This document shows positions 18,013-27,205 of a stretch of 64,000 nucleotides of DNA, in pieces. The stretch comes from a virus. The stretch's first letter is position 1. Every line of letters begins with the position of its first letter. The position numbers and the translations under genes were made by a program. The notes under the pieces are model-generated. The model ran no database searches. It saw only the letters and a program-made list of their open reading frames with translations, and had not been told where the DNA came from. The stretch is from IMG/VR virus record IMGVR_UViG_3300045972_000071, positions 1 to 64,000 of that record. One strand, 5' to 3'.

Positions 18013-18934
18013 AACCTCAGATATAGATTTGGATATGATTTCAGCGGTAGATTTCTTAGAGGATCGTGGTGTGGACTACATGACTGCCGGCAATAAGAAC
18101 ATCTCTGCAGGATGGATTGGTTTAAGTTGCCCCTGGTGTGGAGATCACAGTACACATTTAGGAATATCCTTAGAAACTAATTTAGTTAGTTGCTTTCGTT
18201 GTGGTAAGAAAGGTTCTGTAATCCACTTAATCCAACAAATAGATTCGTGTTCGATGTCAAAAGCCGAGTCCACTGCTCTTAAATTTGTATCAACGGACTT
18301 CTCCCATCTGATAAAGAAGGAAAGAAAACATGCAGAAACGACACTATACCCCACTGGTACTGGTGATACTTTTTTACCTATACATGATAATTTCCTTGCT
18401 AGGCGTAGATATGACCGAAAGTTTATACAGCAAAGGTATGATATTTTGGCTGTGGGGCCTACTTGTGATGACTGGAAGTTTCGTATTATTATACCGATCT
18501 TCCTCGACGGTGAATTAGTTTCTTATGTAGGTAGAGACTGTACCGACAAAGCTGATATCAAGTACAAGAATGTGCCAGCGGAACGATGCACACGCCAAGT
18601 CAAAGACTGTGTTTATGGTATTGACACTCTGAAACAAGGTGGGGTTGGTATCATCGTAGAAGGTGTATTTGATGCGTGGAGATTAGGGAAATATGCCTTG
18701 CCTACATTCGGAACCCAGTACACTACAAATCAGCTGGCCCTCGTTGCAAGAAAGAAGCTGTCAAAACTATACGTTTGTTTCGACCAAGACGCTCACACGA
18801 AAGGTGACGAGCTTGCACATACGGTTTCAAGTGTATGTAATGACGTAGAATTGATATTACTTGACGAGGGAGACCCCGACGACTTGACGGAAGACGAGGT
18901 TTGGGAACTACGTAGGGAGTTAAACCTAAAATGA
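18002..18934 (+). CDS. DNA primase (Zn finger plus TOPRIM)
   Basis: CPWC...CFRC, RIIIP, IVEGVFDA, CFDQD, DPDD. Confidence 0.88.
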   Translation: MKHKTSDIDLDMISAVDFLEDRGVDYMTAGNKNISAGWIGLSCPWCGDHSTHLGISLETNLVSCFRCGKKGSVIHLIQQIDSCSMSKAESTALKFVSTDFSHLIKKERKHAETTLYPTGTGDTFLPIHDNFLARRRYDRKFIQQRYDILAVGPTCDDWKFRIIIPIFLDGELVSYVGRDCTDKADIKYKNVPAERCTRQVKDCVYGIDTLKQGGVGIIVEGVFDAWRLGKYALPTFGTQYTTNQLALVARKKLSKLYVCFDQDAHTKGDELAHTVSSVCNDVELILLDEGDPDDLTEDEVWELRRELNLK

Positions 18935-19068
18935 TATATCAAACTAAGAAGAAAGTGTGGGCTCCCTGGATAGGGCGCATGTTAATTAATGAGTATAGGT
19001 GCAGTATTTGTGGGAACGTAATGGGTAAAAGGCCAGGAAATAACAAGTGTACCAGCTGTAAAAAATAA
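18931..19068 (+). CDS. 45-aa Zn-ribbon peptide
   Basis: CSIC...CTSC; ATGA overlap with primase. Confidence 0.5.
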   Translation: MIYQTKKKVWAPWIGRMLINEYRCSICGNVMGKRPGNNKCTSCKK

Positions 19069-19071
19069 TTA

Positions 19072-19247
19072 TTGACATCAATTTTATTAGCTGTTATCTT
19101 ATCACTAGAATTTACACCACATACAGAGTGGTTACATAAACAGAGTGTCTTGACGGAACACAATGTTATACAAGGATTCGGTGAGTGTGTCTGTGTCACC
19201 TCACGAAACGACCCCTTTAGACCGTCAATCTAAAGGGGTTTCTTTTT
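19072..19247 (+). promoter_or_regulatory. sigma70 promoter and attenuator-like leader of the initiator gene
   Basis: TTGACA-17-TATCTT; terminator stem 19211-19239 whose loop CCGTCAA is complementary to TTGACGG at 19150. Confidence 0.65.
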
Positions 19248-19262
19248 GGTTAAAAGGAGTGA

Positions 19263-20597
19263 GTGATGGACGATGCAATTCTATACAGATTATTTCTTCA
19301 AGAGGGGTGGTGGCAAACATCCCGATCGGTAGCCGAATTATATGATGATTTTGAAACTGCCGGGGTATTTGCAGAATTGGTCAGTACACGCCACTTATCT
19401 GAGAAGAAAGGCATTCTTGTAGATGATTGGTTTACAACCACATATACAGAGATGGCTAAAAGTACATTCATATCCGAAAATAAAATAGGACAATGTATAC
19501 GTGCTTTTATGAAAGATGAACTACTGGAAACAAAGCGTGTGGGTATTCCTTCTAAGTGTTTTTATCGCCTAAATATGCAAAATTTGATACGGGCATTAGA
19601 ATCAACAGCAAAACGCAGTAGCACTGATTCCAGTCGTACTAGACCGACTGAAACCTGTCACGTAAAAGATAAAGAAGAGAAAAGCAAAGAAGAAGATGAT
19701 AAAGGAAAAGACTCTTTATCATCTAAGGAACCCACTGACGTGGATTCCCCTAAGGTAGTAATAAAGAGAAGAACGGTACAACCTAGCTTGTTCCCTAATG
19801 ACAATGTGAAGAGGTTGTTCTTACATTGGAATAATCTAGGTTCCCACATTGCAAAGCATCTGCTAGACCCATCAACCAAAATATTTCATAGATCCGTTCT
19901 TGCAATCGAAAAAGCATTGCGACACAATACTCCAGATAATATAGCATCTGCTATGGATAATTACAGCAACCTTCTTGCAGATCAAAACACTACGATGTTC
20001 TGGCCTACTCAAAGTGGACGTCCAGGTCTCATTGTGAGTCTTGAGGAATTCTTCAAGTTTTCGGACTACACCGAAGAACGTATGCTGAAAGCAAAAGAGG
20101 TAAATATTCCTGACTCATGGTATAAGTGTTGCTTGCAGGATTATGACATCATTGCTACAGAGTACGGTAAGTATGACAGGGATGATAATCCAAAGATTAC
20201 CGAAGCTATAAAGAAGGCATATACATCAGCAGTTCCCGCGGCTAAAATAACAGTGACCGACACAAACTTTTTTATAAGGTCTGCAAAATTTGTGTTACAG
20301 TATCACATGACGAATAAAAACAAGATCAATTGGAATAGTTGTCTACTGGAAAAGAACAATCCTGCATTGTTTGCACATCGACTGATAGCCGCTATATTAG
20401 AAGATTGCCAAGACAGAACGATGATTACATCAAGTTGGTTGTTCTCCGATAGAACAAAAACTATTCGTCTACCTAAGTACATGAAAAAACACGGACTACT
20501 GACATCTGATGAAATCACGTATAAAGCACCCATCAGACCGTTACAAACTAAAAAGAAAGGATATGATCCAGGCTACAAAGACGGAGAAATCGAATAA
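19263..20597 (+). CDS. Putative replication initiator (N-terminal wHTH, charged linker)
   Basis: WFTTTYTEM...LLETKRVGIPSKCFYRLN, typical of phage initiator N-domains; lies between primase and the DnaB-like helicase. Confidence 0.65.
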   Translation: MMDDAILYRLFLQEGWWQTSRSVAELYDDFETAGVFAELVSTRHLSEKKGILVDDWFTTTYTEMAKSTFISENKIGQCIRAFMKDELLETKRVGIPSKCFYRLNMQNLIRALESTAKRSSTDSSRTRPTETCHVKDKEEKSKEEDDKGKDSLSSKEPTDVDSPKVVIKRRTVQPSLFPNDNVKRLFLHWNNLGSHIAKHLLDPSTKIFHRSVLAIEKALRHNTPDNIASAMDNYSNLLADQNTTMFWPTQSGRPGLIVSLEEFFKFSDYTEERMLKAKEVNIPDSWYKCCLQDYDIIATEYGKYDRDDNPKITEAIKKAYTSAVPAAKITVTDTNFFIRSAKFVLQYHMTNKNKINWNSCLLEKNNPALFAHRLIAAILEDCQDRTMITSSWLFSDRTKTIRLPKYMKKHGLLTSDEITYKAPIRPLQTKKKGYDPGYKDGEIE

Positions 20598-20615
20598 AAC
20601 AAACAAGGAGAGTAC

Positions 20616-21173
20616 ATGAAAAACATCGACACTTATAAAGACCGCTATCTCACAAAAGGGAAAAGACAAAATCGGTTGTGTATGACAGCAATCGCATTTG
20701 CCGTAACGATCTGCATAGGCGCAGTTAATTCGGTACATAACCAAGAAATTCAAGGAATACCAGATCATTCTCAACTACAAATGGAACAAAAACGATGCAC
20801 GGAGTGCCATGATAAGGAAATGGAGATGGCACAGTTTTTCAGTAAACACGGAAGTCCAGAACCTAAACGAATGGCACAAGCTGTGTTCGCTACCAAAAGA
20901 CCAAAGATCATGGCTAAAATTGCTGTGACAGAAACGAACGGCAATCCTCATAAAAGAGCATACGGGTTTAATAAAGCACACGATGGAGCGTTCGGCGTAA
21001 ACAGAAAAGACTGGGGCAAGGTGAGTAAGAATCCAACTGAGCAAGCACTGCAAGCGGAGTTGGCTCTTGATACCTTCTTGAAAGAAAAGAAGAACATGAA
21101 AACAGCCCTGAATGCATACGGTGGTGATGTATCGTTTCAAACGTATGCAGATAAAATCTTAGGTAAGGACTAA
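20616..21173 (+). CDS. Membrane-anchored SLT-like transglycosylase with a CxxCH motif
   Basis: N-terminal hydrophobic helix; CTECH; IAVTETNGNP...GAFGVN...ALNAYGG. Confidence 0.55.
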   Translation: MKNIDTYKDRYLTKGKRQNRLCMTAIAFAVTICIGAVNSVHNQEIQGIPDHSQLQMEQKRCTECHDKEMEMAQFFSKHGSPEPKRMAQAVFATKRPKIMAKIAVTETNGNPHKRAYGFNKAHDGAFGVNRKDWGKVSKNPTEQALQAELALDTFLKEKKNMKTALNAYGGDVSFQTYADKILGKD

Positions 21174-21177
21174 TCCC

Positions 21178-21417
21178 ATGATAGAACTGTTTGTATGGCT
21201 CATTGTTGGATTCATAATAGGTTTGGCTTCTTCTGCTGTAGTTTGGTTCAACATATACACAAAATGGAAAGCATCGGAAAGAGCCATTTATTATATTACC
21301 AAACGATACAATACAAGATCCATACAAGTAGCTGTTTTAAGAAATCAGTTGGAAAATAAAAAATTGCCCACTTCAAAGGATTCTTATGGCAAAGTTTGTT
21401 CGGAAGGATGTAAGTAA
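21178..21417 (+). CDS. Small membrane protein
   Basis: N-terminal TM helix. Confidence 0.55.
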   Translation: MIELFVWLIVGFIIGLASSAVVWFNIYTKWKASERAIYYITKRYNTRSIQVAVLRNQLENKKLPTSKDSYGKVCSEGCK

Positions 21418-22903
21418 CACCATTGAGAACAACATCATTACAGCGGCAATCATTTCGACAAACTTTATTGAGGAAATCTATCCTCTCTATACAAAACAGT
21501 ATATCAAGAATAAGTTCGGTCAGACACTACTAGGGTGGTGTATAGATTATTTTGATAAGTTCGGTGAAGCCCCCAGAAAGAATATCCAGACAATTTTTGA
21601 ATTAGAAAAAGAAACTCTGGATGAAGCCGATGCTGAAATCATCACAATCTTTCTCAAAACGCTCTCTAAAAACTATGTGGACGATCAAGGAATCAACGAG
21701 GAGTACGTTTTAGATCAAGCAATGCAATACTTTCGTAAGAGAGAAGTTGAAATGAGGGTAGAGAACGCCCAGAAACTTCTTGATGTGGGAAAGATTGAAG
21801 CCGCAGAAGATGAAATCTTCAAAATGAAGAAGGTAGTCCGTCTGACATCTAATTGGAGCAATCCAATGGATGACCATAAGATACATGAGGTGTTTGATGA
21901 TAGTAAGAAAGGCATACTACGTTTCCCGGGGGCTTTGGGCAGTCTACTCGGTGACCTCGAACGGGGATGGTTTATCGCATTTCTTGCTCCGTTTAAACGA
22001 GGAAAGACGTGGCTTCTACAAGAAGCAGTTGTTATTGCCGCCTTATCTAATCTCAAGGCAGTTTTCATTTCGCTGGAGATGCAAGACAAGAACATCAACG
22101 AACGATTGTACAAGAGGATTACCGCTTATGGAGATGAAGGTAAGACCGATCACGCAGTACCAGTCTTTGATTGTGTCCGAAATCAAACAGGAGTGTGCGA
22201 AAAGCCGATCAGGAAGAATAAGTTCATTCTATACGACGGTGAGGGTGATCTACCTGAGTTTGAAGCTGATATGGAATATCGTCCGTGTTGCGTATGCAAA
22301 GACATAAAGAAAGAACAAGAGGACTACGAACTTTCTACTTGGTTTGAACTGATGATTAAACCAGAGTTTACTGCTAGGAACGTAAACAAGAAACTTAAAT
22401 CCTTTAAACGCTTTTATGGTGACAACATACGGACAAAATGTTATCCTAGATTTTCTGCTACCGTAGCAGACATCAGGCGTGATCTGGATATACTTGAGCA
22501 GACAGAGGGATTCATTCCTGATGTTATCTCAATCGACTTTGCAGGCATTGTTAAACCCGATACACGTGGTGGGGATATTCGTAACGGCATTGATGATATC
22601 TGGAAATCATTAGCAGCACTTGCAATGGAACGTCACGCTGTTCTATTCTCAGCGTCCCAAGGAAACAGGGGTTCACTTTACAAAGACAACATGGATCAAG
22701 CCGATATTGCAGAATGGATTGGCATACTTGGTCATGTTGACGGGTTCGTATCTGTCAATCAGAGCGCAACAGAGAAGAAACGTGGTGTCATGCGTCTAGG
22801 TCTACTTGCCCATAGACACAAAGAGTTTCACGAGAAAGATCATACCATGATTTTACAAAACTTGTCACTCGGTCAAGTACATCTGGATTCACACCGTATG
22901 TGA
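21386..22903 (+). CDS. DnaB-like replicative helicase with a Cys-rich insertion
   Basis: APFKRGKT, FISLEM, IDF, ASQGNR. Confidence 0.8.
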   Translation: MAKFVRKDVSNTIENNIITAAIISTNFIEEIYPLYTKQYIKNKFGQTLLGWCIDYFDKFGEAPRKNIQTIFELEKETLDEADAEIITIFLKTLSKNYVDDQGINEEYVLDQAMQYFRKREVEMRVENAQKLLDVGKIEAAEDEIFKMKKVVRLTSNWSNPMDDHKIHEVFDDSKKGILRFPGALGSLLGDLERGWFIAFLAPFKRGKTWLLQEAVVIAALSNLKAVFISLEMQDKNINERLYKRITAYGDEGKTDHAVPVFDCVRNQTGVCEKPIRKNKFILYDGEGDLPEFEADMEYRPCCVCKDIKKEQEDYELSTWFELMIKPEFTARNVNKKLKSFKRFYGDNIRTKCYPRFSATVADIRRDLDILEQTEGFIPDVISIDFAGIVKPDTRGGDIRNGIDDIWKSLAALAMERHAVLFSASQGNRGSLYKDNMDQADIAEWIGILGHVDGFVSVNQSATEKKRGVMRLGLLAHRHKEFHEKDHTMILQNLSLGQVHLDSHRM

Positions 22904-23074
22904 CTTGTCAAGTTCTTTCTTGACAGTCATAATTATAGGAAGTGCGGGATTTCCTACTCTGAATGATGCTATTGAATATCTTCAAATCGGAAAGAACCTT
23001 AAATTTATAAATGACAAAGACCGTAAAGGTCTCATCCAAGCCCTACGTGGCGACTTTAATACAGGAGAATAACA

Positions 23075-23467
23075 ATGAGACTAAATGTATGTAAGGAATT
23101 CACCTTTGCTGCCGCACACTCACTACCTGGTTATGATGGACCGTGTGCTAATCTACACGGACATGAATGGAAACTGGAAGTTGAAGTTTCCGGCGTAGTC
23201 AATGAAGATACCGGCATGGTGCTCGATTTTGTGAAACTGAAAAAGATAGTCAACCAAGAACTTGTAGATAAACTGGATCATAAACACTTGAATGATATCT
23301 TCGTTGTAATACCCACTGCTGAAATGATGGTGGGTAACTTTGCCGATATCATCAATCATGTATTTAACAATGAGAAAAAAGGGTTAGGTGTAAAGTTAGA
23401 GCGCCTTCGTCTATATGAAACACCAACGTCATTCTGTGAGTGGAAACGATCCAGTTGTTCATGCTAA
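23075..23467 (+). CDS. queD: 6-carboxy-5,6,7,8-tetrahydropterin synthase
   Basis: FAAAHSL...CANLHGHEW...GMVLDF...LDHKHLND...PTAE...LYETP. Confidence 0.95.
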   Translation: MRLNVCKEFTFAAAHSLPGYDGPCANLHGHEWKLEVEVSGVVNEDTGMVLDFVKLKKIVNQELVDKLDHKHLNDIFVVIPTAEMMVGNFADIINHVFNNEKKGLGVKLERLRLYETPTSFCEWKRSSCSC

Positions 23468-23483
23468 TATAAGGAGAGGTATA

Positions 23484-24137
23484 ATGCCTAGAATTTATTC
23501 AATTTTTCAGAGTGTAGAAGGGGAAGTAAACGCACGTGGTATCGGTGCAATGACTGTGTTCATTCGATTTGCGGGTTGTCACGCCACATGTACATTCTGT
23601 GATACAACGTATGCAAAGGATCCTGCAAGCGGGCGTGTAATGTCAGTAAGTGAAGTTATGGAAGAGGTATCTAAGTATAACTGTCCGAACGTCACTATCA
23701 CTGGCGGTGAACCTATGGAGCAGTATGACGAACTTTGTAACCTGCTTCATGCTCTGGATGCAAATCAGTATAATGTGTCCGTAGAAACTAACGGACTGCA
23801 TTCTTTCTGGCGCAGAAATGCACCGATGATACATGCAACCTTTGTTGTGGATATCAAGAATGAAGGATTTATGGCATTATCCCGTATTGTAAACATGGGG
23901 CTTACATCTTCTGACATACTCAAAATGGTAGTGGGCAGTGAAGCTGACTTTGCTGTGGCGTGTACACGAAAGAGAGAATTGCAAGAACGTGGTGTTAAAG
24001 CCAGATTCGCATTTTCTCCAGAGTTCGGGAAAGTAGATCCAGACAGGATTCTTTCTTGGATGAAGAAATACGATCAAAATGATGCTATCCTTAATTTTCA
24101 GGCCCACAAAGTGCTTAATTTGACAGAGAATAATTAA
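23484..24137 (+). CDS. queE: 7-carboxy-7-deazaguanine synthase (radical SAM)
   Basis: IFQSVEGE, FIRFAGCHATCTFCDT, ITGGEP, VETNG, QAHK. Confidence 0.93.
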   Translation: MPRIYSIFQSVEGEVNARGIGAMTVFIRFAGCHATCTFCDTTYAKDPASGRVMSVSEVMEEVSKYNCPNVTITGGEPMEQYDELCNLLHALDANQYNVSVETNGLHSFWRRNAPMIHATFVVDIKNEGFMALSRIVNMGLTSSDILKMVVGSEADFAVACTRKRELQERGVKARFAFSPEFGKVDPDRILSWMKKYDQNDAILNFQAHKVLNLTENN

Positions 24138-24196
24138 ATCTTGCATAAACTTCCTAAGTTATAATACTGTAATAATTATAACTTAGGAGGTTACTT

Positions 24197-24817
24197 ATGG
24201 GATGCAGTGTATTGGGTTGTACAAACCATGAATTTAGTACAGGGCATGGGGACAGAAAGAAAAGAACAGGTAAATGTAGAAAACATCACTATAATTTACC
24301 TAGTAGACACTTGACCAGTGATCCAAATATATATGTGATAGATGGTCCTATATGCAGGATAACGTGCCATAAAAAAGATAACTCTATCGCAGGTTATGCC
24401 ATAATAGATACAGAAGATATGGAAAAATGTATTCCTTATAAATGGGGAATAACTTCGGATGGGTATGTAGTAAACGGTAAAAATCAAATTCGCCTGCATC
24501 ATCTAATTATGAATCATATTCCAGATAAAAATCACCCTATAGATCATAAAAATAGAATAAAATTGGATTGCAGAAAAGAGAATATGGAATTATCCACATA
24601 TTCTAAAAATAATGTGAATAGGGATTTAAAAAACAATACTTCCGGTCATAAATGTGTTTATTGGAATAAACACGCTAAATCTTGGGATGTAAGAATAACT
24701 AGGAATAAGATATGCACTCAATTAGGGTACTACAAAACTCTTGAGAAAGCCATAGAAGTTAGGGATACTTTTTATATCCAGCTTCATAAGGTATTGAACT
24801 TAACTGAGACTAACTAG
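24197..24817 (+). CDS. HNH-AP2 homing endonuclease whose tail is the original QueE C-terminus
   Basis: LHHLIM...IDHKNRIKLDCRKENM, AP2-like SGHKCVYW; ends QLHKVLNLTETN. Confidence 0.85.
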   Translation: MGCSVLGCTNHEFSTGHGDRKKRTGKCRKHHYNLPSRHLTSDPNIYVIDGPICRITCHKKDNSIAGYAIIDTEDMEKCIPYKWGITSDGYVVNGKNQIRLHHLIMNHIPDKNHPIDHKNRIKLDCRKENMELSTYSKNNVNRDLKNNTSGHKCVYWNKHAKSWDVRITRNKICTQLGYYKTLEKAIEVRDTFYIQLHKVLNLTETN

Positions 24818-24955
24818 CTGAAATTGCAGGTCCATTTATTTATTTCACTACCGAAGAAAATAAGTTGAACAGGGAATTAAATATGTGCTATATTTTAAAC
24901 ATCGAAGCACAAAACACGAACCCTACAGATTCATATCTTATGAAAGGAGAATCCA

Positions 24956-25231
24956 ATGACAAGAAGAGAACTGATTAGCGCCGTAGCTGAACAGACCAAA
25001 CTGACTAAATCTGATGTGGAGCGAGTATTGTACTCAACATTCGACAAGGTCATTTCGGGACAGCTTGCGGAAGGTAACACAGTGGCTATCAATGACTTCG
25101 GTAAGTTTGAGCCGAAATTGAAAGCCGCTCGCACTGGTCGCAATCCCGCAACGGGAGACACACTTGAAATTTCAGAAAAAATGGCACTGAGCTTTAAACC
25201 AGCATCAGCACTCAAAAACCTGATGAACTAG
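24956..25231 (+). CDS. hup: HU-family DNA-binding protein
   Basis: MTRRELISAVAE...FGKF...ARTGRNPATG...FKPASALK. Confidence 0.93.
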   Translation: MTRRELISAVAEQTKLTKSDVERVLYSTFDKVISGQLAEGNTVAINDFGKFEPKLKAARTGRNPATGDTLEISEKMALSFKPASALKNLMN

Positions 25232-25268
25232 GTTCATCACAACCCAATTTCCTAAGGGGGAAATAACA

Positions 25269-25844
25269 ATGATCGCATCCGCAAAGATTGACCTCACTGA
25301 ACTGAAAGCCGCTGTCAAAGACCTGAACTCTTCTGGTCTGATTGAAGCAACCATCAAAACTGTCGGCGTAAGCAAAGAAACCCTGGCTCAGGCATTTGTT
25401 GAAGCCTGCGACTCTCTGACCGATGATAACTTCAATACCGTAACTGTTGTTGACGATGTACCTACTGCTATCGGTGCAATGTACCAGACTCTCACAGCAG
25501 AAGAAGTTGCCGAGGAAGAAACTGTGAAAGAAGCCGCAAAAGCAAAAGCCGGTAAAGAGCCCAAAGCACCGAAAGAGCCCAAAGCACCGAAAGAGCCCAA
25601 AGCACCGAAAGAGCCGAAAGAGCCCAAAGAAAAGAAAGAAATCCCGAAAGATGCATTCGGCTCCGTACTCGGATCGAAATCTGCCGCAATGAACGCTCTG
25701 ATCGCCGCTGGTACTACAATCGAAGATATCATGGCAAAAGCCGGGGTCACCCGTACTTCTGCTCTGAATCACATCAAGTTCATCGAAAAAGAACGTGGTG
25801 TCGTTATTACCCGTGATGGTGATAACGTGTCCGGCAAGAAGTAA
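25269..25844 (+). CDS. Putative nucleoid-associated protein with KEPKAP repeats and a C-terminal HTH
   Basis: H1-like repeats; TIEDIMAKAGVTRTSALNHI. Confidence 0.6.
   Translation: MIASAKIDLTELKAAVKDLNSSGLIEATIKTVGVSKETLAQAFVEACDSLTDDNFNTVTVVDDVPTAIGAMYQTLTAEEVAEEETVKEAAKAKAGKEPKAPKEPKAPKEPKAPKEPKEPKEKKEIPKDAFGSVLGSKSAAMNALIAAGTTIEDIMAKAGVTRTSALNHIKFIEKERGVVITRDGDNVSGKK
25554..25631 (+). repeat. Coding 18-bp tandem repeat (aaagagcccaaagcaccg)x3 plus 9-bp half units
   Basis: Directly visible. Confidence 0.9.
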
Positions 25845-25909
25845 TCTGTTCACATATTAATCTAAACGGAGTCGGCATGTAATGTGCCGACTCCATTCGT
25901 GGAGACTCT

Positions 25910-26488
25910 ATGAACCTGAAACTAGCTGAAAAACATCTGAGAAACTTGCTGATCGAAGGTTTAGGTCTTGACCTTACTGATCCTAACTTAATGGATACAC
26001 CCTCCCGCATCGCTAAAATGTACACCAAAGAACTGTTTCACAATGTCGGGGAAGAATACCCGGCAGAAGAACTGCGTAGTTTTCCCAATGATAATAATTA
26101 TAATCAGATCGTAATGGTCGATAATATACACTTTGATTCCATGTGTTCACATCACTTTATGCCGTTCTCCGGTAAAGCATGGTTCTTATACATTCCCGAC
26201 AAAACTCTTGCAGGGGTGTCTAAATTACCACGTCTTGTTGAGCATTATTCTGCTCGTCCTCAGCTTCAAGAAAACTTGTGTCACGAAATACTCAACAGAT
26301 TTATTGATGTTGTTCAGCCGAAAGGTGCCATGCTTGTTATGCGGGCAATACACGGGTGCATGTCTTGTCGGGGTGTTCGTCAATACAATAACACTGGAAT
26401 GATATCATCTGCTTTGTATGGTTCTTTTGAACAACAATCTACCCGAGAAGAAGCAATGGGACTCATTGCACTATCCTCACATCAATAG
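25910..26488 (+). CDS. folE: GTP cyclohydrolase I
   Basis: DTPSRIAKMY, SMCSHHFMPF, GVSKLPR, RPQLQE, HGCMSCRGV. Confidence 0.96.
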   Translation: MNLKLAEKHLRNLLIEGLGLDLTDPNLMDTPSRIAKMYTKELFHNVGEEYPAEELRSFPNDNNYNQIVMVDNIHFDSMCSHHFMPFSGKAWFLYIPDKTLAGVSKLPRLVEHYSARPQLQENLCHEILNRFIDVVQPKGAMLVMRAIHGCMSCRGVRQYNNTGMISSALYGSFEQQSTREEAMGLIALSSHQ

Positions 26489-26496
26489 GAGATACA

Positions 26497-27108
26497 ATGG
26501 ATTCCCCTTACATTCTCAAACCTGCTGAGAATCGCACCGAAGCCGAAGTAAAGTATGGTAATCACTTTGAAAGAAATGTATACTTGAAGGGTGAGAAACT
26601 TGATGCCCGTGCCGCACTGCGTTATGCCATAGCTTCTGCTTACATAGAAGAAGGTATGAATGTTCTTGATATAGGATGTTCTAACGGATATGGTTCTGCT
26701 CTGTTGACCTCTAAAATAAATTATACAGGTATTGATTATGATGCTAATATAATTACATTAGCGAATGAACTGTTTGCCGATGATAATCATTCCTTTGTAT
26801 GTTGCAAAGCACAAGAGTTTCCAATGACAAAACGGTATGATGTAATCATAGCTTATGAGTTTTTGGAACATATTACAGATGGTGTTGCATTTGCCCAGGA
26901 GTTAAAGAAACACTGTAATCATTTATTTTGCTCTGTACCGTATAATGAGAAACCTGGGTTCTGGGGGGAGCATCACGTAATACACCGACTGATTGAAAAA
27001 GATTTCCCTGGATTCAGTTACAATTACATTTCATTTGAAGGTACATTGCTAGACGCACCGGAATATATTGATGGTTCAAATCTCATGTTATTACATTGGA
27101 GTAGATGA
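26497..27108 (+). CDS. Class I SAM-dependent methyltransferase
   Basis: VLDIGCSNGYG, YTGID, YDVIIAYEFLEH, SVP. Confidence 0.88.
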   Translation: MDSPYILKPAENRTEAEVKYGNHFERNVYLKGEKLDARAALRYAIASAYIEEGMNVLDIGCSNGYGSALLTSKINYTGIDYDANIITLANELFADDNHSFVCCKAQEFPMTKRYDVIIAYEFLEHITDGVAFAQELKKHCNHLFCSVPYNEKPGFWGEHHVIHRLIEKDFPGFSYNYISFEGTLLDAPEYIDGSNLMLLHWSR

Positions 27109-27124
27109 TGATTTATACCAATGT

Positions 27125-27205
27125 AAAGCGGCAAGAGAATTACATGGTGAATATGCTGTCCTAAACAAAATTCAGTTATTGAGGAGAAGTACATGCAAAA
27201 AATAA
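27125..27205 (+). pseudogene. 3' remnant of a deleted HNH-AP2 endonuclease gene
   Basis: Reads KAARELHGEYAVLNKIQLLRRS, matching the end of the 43761 HNH (AKELHGEFAVLNKIPLIRRR). Confidence 0.8.

Noticed and set aside
25212-25853. Minus-strand ORFs with FRCFGL repeats
   Set aside because: Antisense of the KEPKAP repeat gene.
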